Positions 62,600 to 64,000 of a DNA stretch of 64,000 bases are shown here, in pieces (positions within the stretch are counted from its first letter, which is position 1; every line of letters starts with the position of its first letter). Location: positions 290,656,001-290,720,000 of the forward strand of contig OZ024740.1 in assembly GCA_964016885.1 (NCBI GenBank), in the 5' to 3' direction. Position numbers and translations under genes: made by a program. The notes beneath the pieces are model-generated. The model was not told where the DNA came from, did not search any database, and saw only the letters and a program-made list of their open reading frames with translations. Source of the stretch: Eledone cirrhosa. Lineage: Eukaryota.

Positions 62600-64000
62600 T
62601 TATTTGGGTACCCCGTTTTTATATGGGGGGTCCGTTTTTTATTTGGGTGCCCCGTTTTTTATTTGGGTGTCCCGTTTTTTATTTGGGTGCACCGTTTTTT
62701 ATTTGGGTGCCCCGTTTTTTATTTGGGTGCCCCGTTTTTTATTTGGGTACCCCTTTTTTTATTTGGTTGCCCCGTTTTTATATGGGGGGGTCCGTTTTTT
62801 ATTTGGGTGCCCCGTTTTTTTATGGGGGGGTCCGTTTTTTATTTGGGTGCCCCGTTTTTTATTTGGTTACCCCGTTTTTTATTTGGGTGCCCCATTTTTT
62901 GTTTGGGTGCCCCGTTTTTTTATGGGGGGTCCGTTTTTTATTTGGGTGCCCCGTTCTTTTATGGGGGATCCGTTTTTTATTTGGGAACCCCATTTTTTAT
63001 TTGGGTGCCCCGTTTTTTTATGGGTGGGTCCGTTTTTATTTGGGTGCCCCGTTTTTTTATGGGGGGGTCCGTTTTTTATTTGGGTGTCACGTTTTTTATT
63101 TGGGTGCACCGTTTTTTATTTGGGTACCCCGTTTTTTATTTCGGTGCACCGTTTTTTATTTGGGTGCCCCGTTTTTATTTGGGTACCCCGTTTTTTAATT
63201 GGGTGCCCCGTTTTTTTATGGGGGTCCGTTTTTTATTTGGGTGTCCCTTTTTTATGGGGGGTCCGTTTTTTATTTGGGTACCCCGTTTTTTATTTGGGTG
63301 CCCCGTTTTTTTATTTGGGGGTCCGTTTTTTATTTGGGTGCACCGTTCTTTTATGGGGGGGTCCGTTTTTTATTTGGGTACCCCGTTTTTTATTTGGGGG
63401 CCCCGTTTTTTTATGGGGGGGTCCGTTTTTTATTTGGGTACCCCGTTTTTTATTTGGGTGCCCCGTTTTTATATGGGGGGTCCGTTTTTTATTTGGGTGC
63501 CCCGTTTTTTATTTGGGTGCCCCGTTTTTTATTTGGGTGCACCGTTTTTTATTTGGGTGCCCCGTTTTTTATTTGGGTGCCCCGTTTTTTATTTGGGTAC
63601 CCCGTTTTTTATTTGGTTGCCCGTTTTTATATGGGGGGGTCCGTTTTTTATTTGGGTGCCCCGTTTTTTTATGGGGGGCCCGTTTTTTATTTGGGTGCCC
63701 CGTTTTTTATTTGGGTACCCCGTTTTTTATTTGGGTGCCCCGTTTTTTATTTGGGTGCCCCGTTTTTTTATGGGGGGTCCGTTTTTTATTTGGGTGCCCC
63801 GTTCTTTTATGGGGGATCCGTTTTTTATTTGGGAACCCCATTTTTTATTTGGGTGCCCCGTTTCTTTATGGGGGGGTCCGTTTTTTATTTGGGTGCCCCG
63901 TTTTTTTATGGGTGGGTCCGTTTTTATTTGGGTGCCCCGTTTTTTTATGGGGGGGTCCGTTTTTTATTTGGGTGTCACGTTTTTTATTTGGGTGCACCGT
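62600..64000. repeat. ~850-bp tandem duplication truncated by the window end. Part of it also matches ~59920-60480 (offset ~2990).
   Basis: ATATGGGGG at 62621/63471 and ATTTGGTTGC at 62761/63611. GGATCC followed by GGGAACCCCA at 59975/62966/63814. Confidence 0.82.

Larger units (their letters stand above)
1..64000. repeat. Satellite DNA array, 20-bp monomer, consensus ATTTGGGTGCCCCGTTTTTT, ~3200 copies, runs off both window ends
   Basis: The monomer can be read directly throughout, e.g. perfect runs at 328-430 and 2060-2140. Copy number is 64000/20. All units are head-to-tail in the same orientation and no non-repeat insert was seen. Confidence 0.99.
1..64000. repeat. Interspersed type-B monomer (T)ATG(5-11)TCCGTTTTTT within the array
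   Basis: Examples at 35-54 and 1430-1448, plus hundreds more. It keeps the CCG-T6 end of type A but replaces ATTTGGGTGCC with TATGGGGGGGT. Confidence 0.97.

Noticed and set aside
22784-63109. Minus-strand K/G/P-rich ORFs (22784, 45892, 46346, 62879)
   Set aside because: The minus strand has TAA in nearly every unit. These ORFs survive only where 19-bp units happen to shift the stops out of frame, and their identity to each other reflects array duplication.
17-63198. Very long plus-strand ORFs (up to 2162 aa) of FFIWVPRFLFGCPVFYLGAP repeats
   Set aside because: The consensus has a single A in a TAT context, so no stop codon can occur in any plus frame. All three frames are open simultaneously and give the same 20-aa cycle (3 x 20 bp). 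Frequent 1-bp indels show no frame conservation.
1-64000. CRISPR array
   Set aside because: The repeats are directly adjacent with no unique spacers, no leader and no cas genes.
1-64000. Array of bacterial intrinsic terminators (GC dyad followed by T6)
   Set aside because: The within-unit stem is only 3 bp with a 2-nt loop, and there are no genes or promoters to terminate. The inter-unit hairpin is reported separately as a structural hypothesis only.
1-64000. Transcription-factor-like motifs (forkhead-like TGTTTAT/TATTTAT variants; Aft1/2-like GCACCC on the minus strand)
   Set aside because: They are short motifs that are part of, or one substitution from, the consensus. The host is unknown and there is no gene context.
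1-64000. A/B monomer pattern as a deliberate binary code or synthetic construct
   Set aside because: The pattern is explained by nested duplications with accumulated point mutations. There are no adapters, indices or designed junctions.
1-64000. Embedded transposon, rRNA/tRNA gene or inversion
   Set aside because: No stretch departs from the monomer for more than a few bases, and no reverse-complement units (AAAAAACGGGGCACCCAAAT) were seen on the plus strand.

Overview
The whole 64 kb window is one uninterrupted, single-orientation tandem array of a 20-bp monomer, consensus ATTTGGGTGCCCCGTTTTTT (type A). A second 20-bp monomer class, TATGGGGGGGTCCGTTTTTT (type B), is interspersed every ~2-8 units. 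I saw no unique sequence, credible gene, RNA gene, transposon or CRISPR spacer, and every ORF in the track is a translation artefact of the repeat. The informative structure lies in rare monomer variants used as landmarks. They reveal nested higher-order duplications with periods of about 281, 454, 592, 675, 761, 850, 1203/1948/3151, 1771, 1813, 2478, ~9600 and ~12300 bp. They also show fixed ordering rules between variants and a left-to-right change in variant content. This looks like satellite DNA of the eukaryotic centromeric, pericentromeric or subtelomeric kind, but I cannot name the organism or family from sequence alone. Offsets were read by eye from marker positions and the ORF track, and block boundaries are approximate (within a few monomers).
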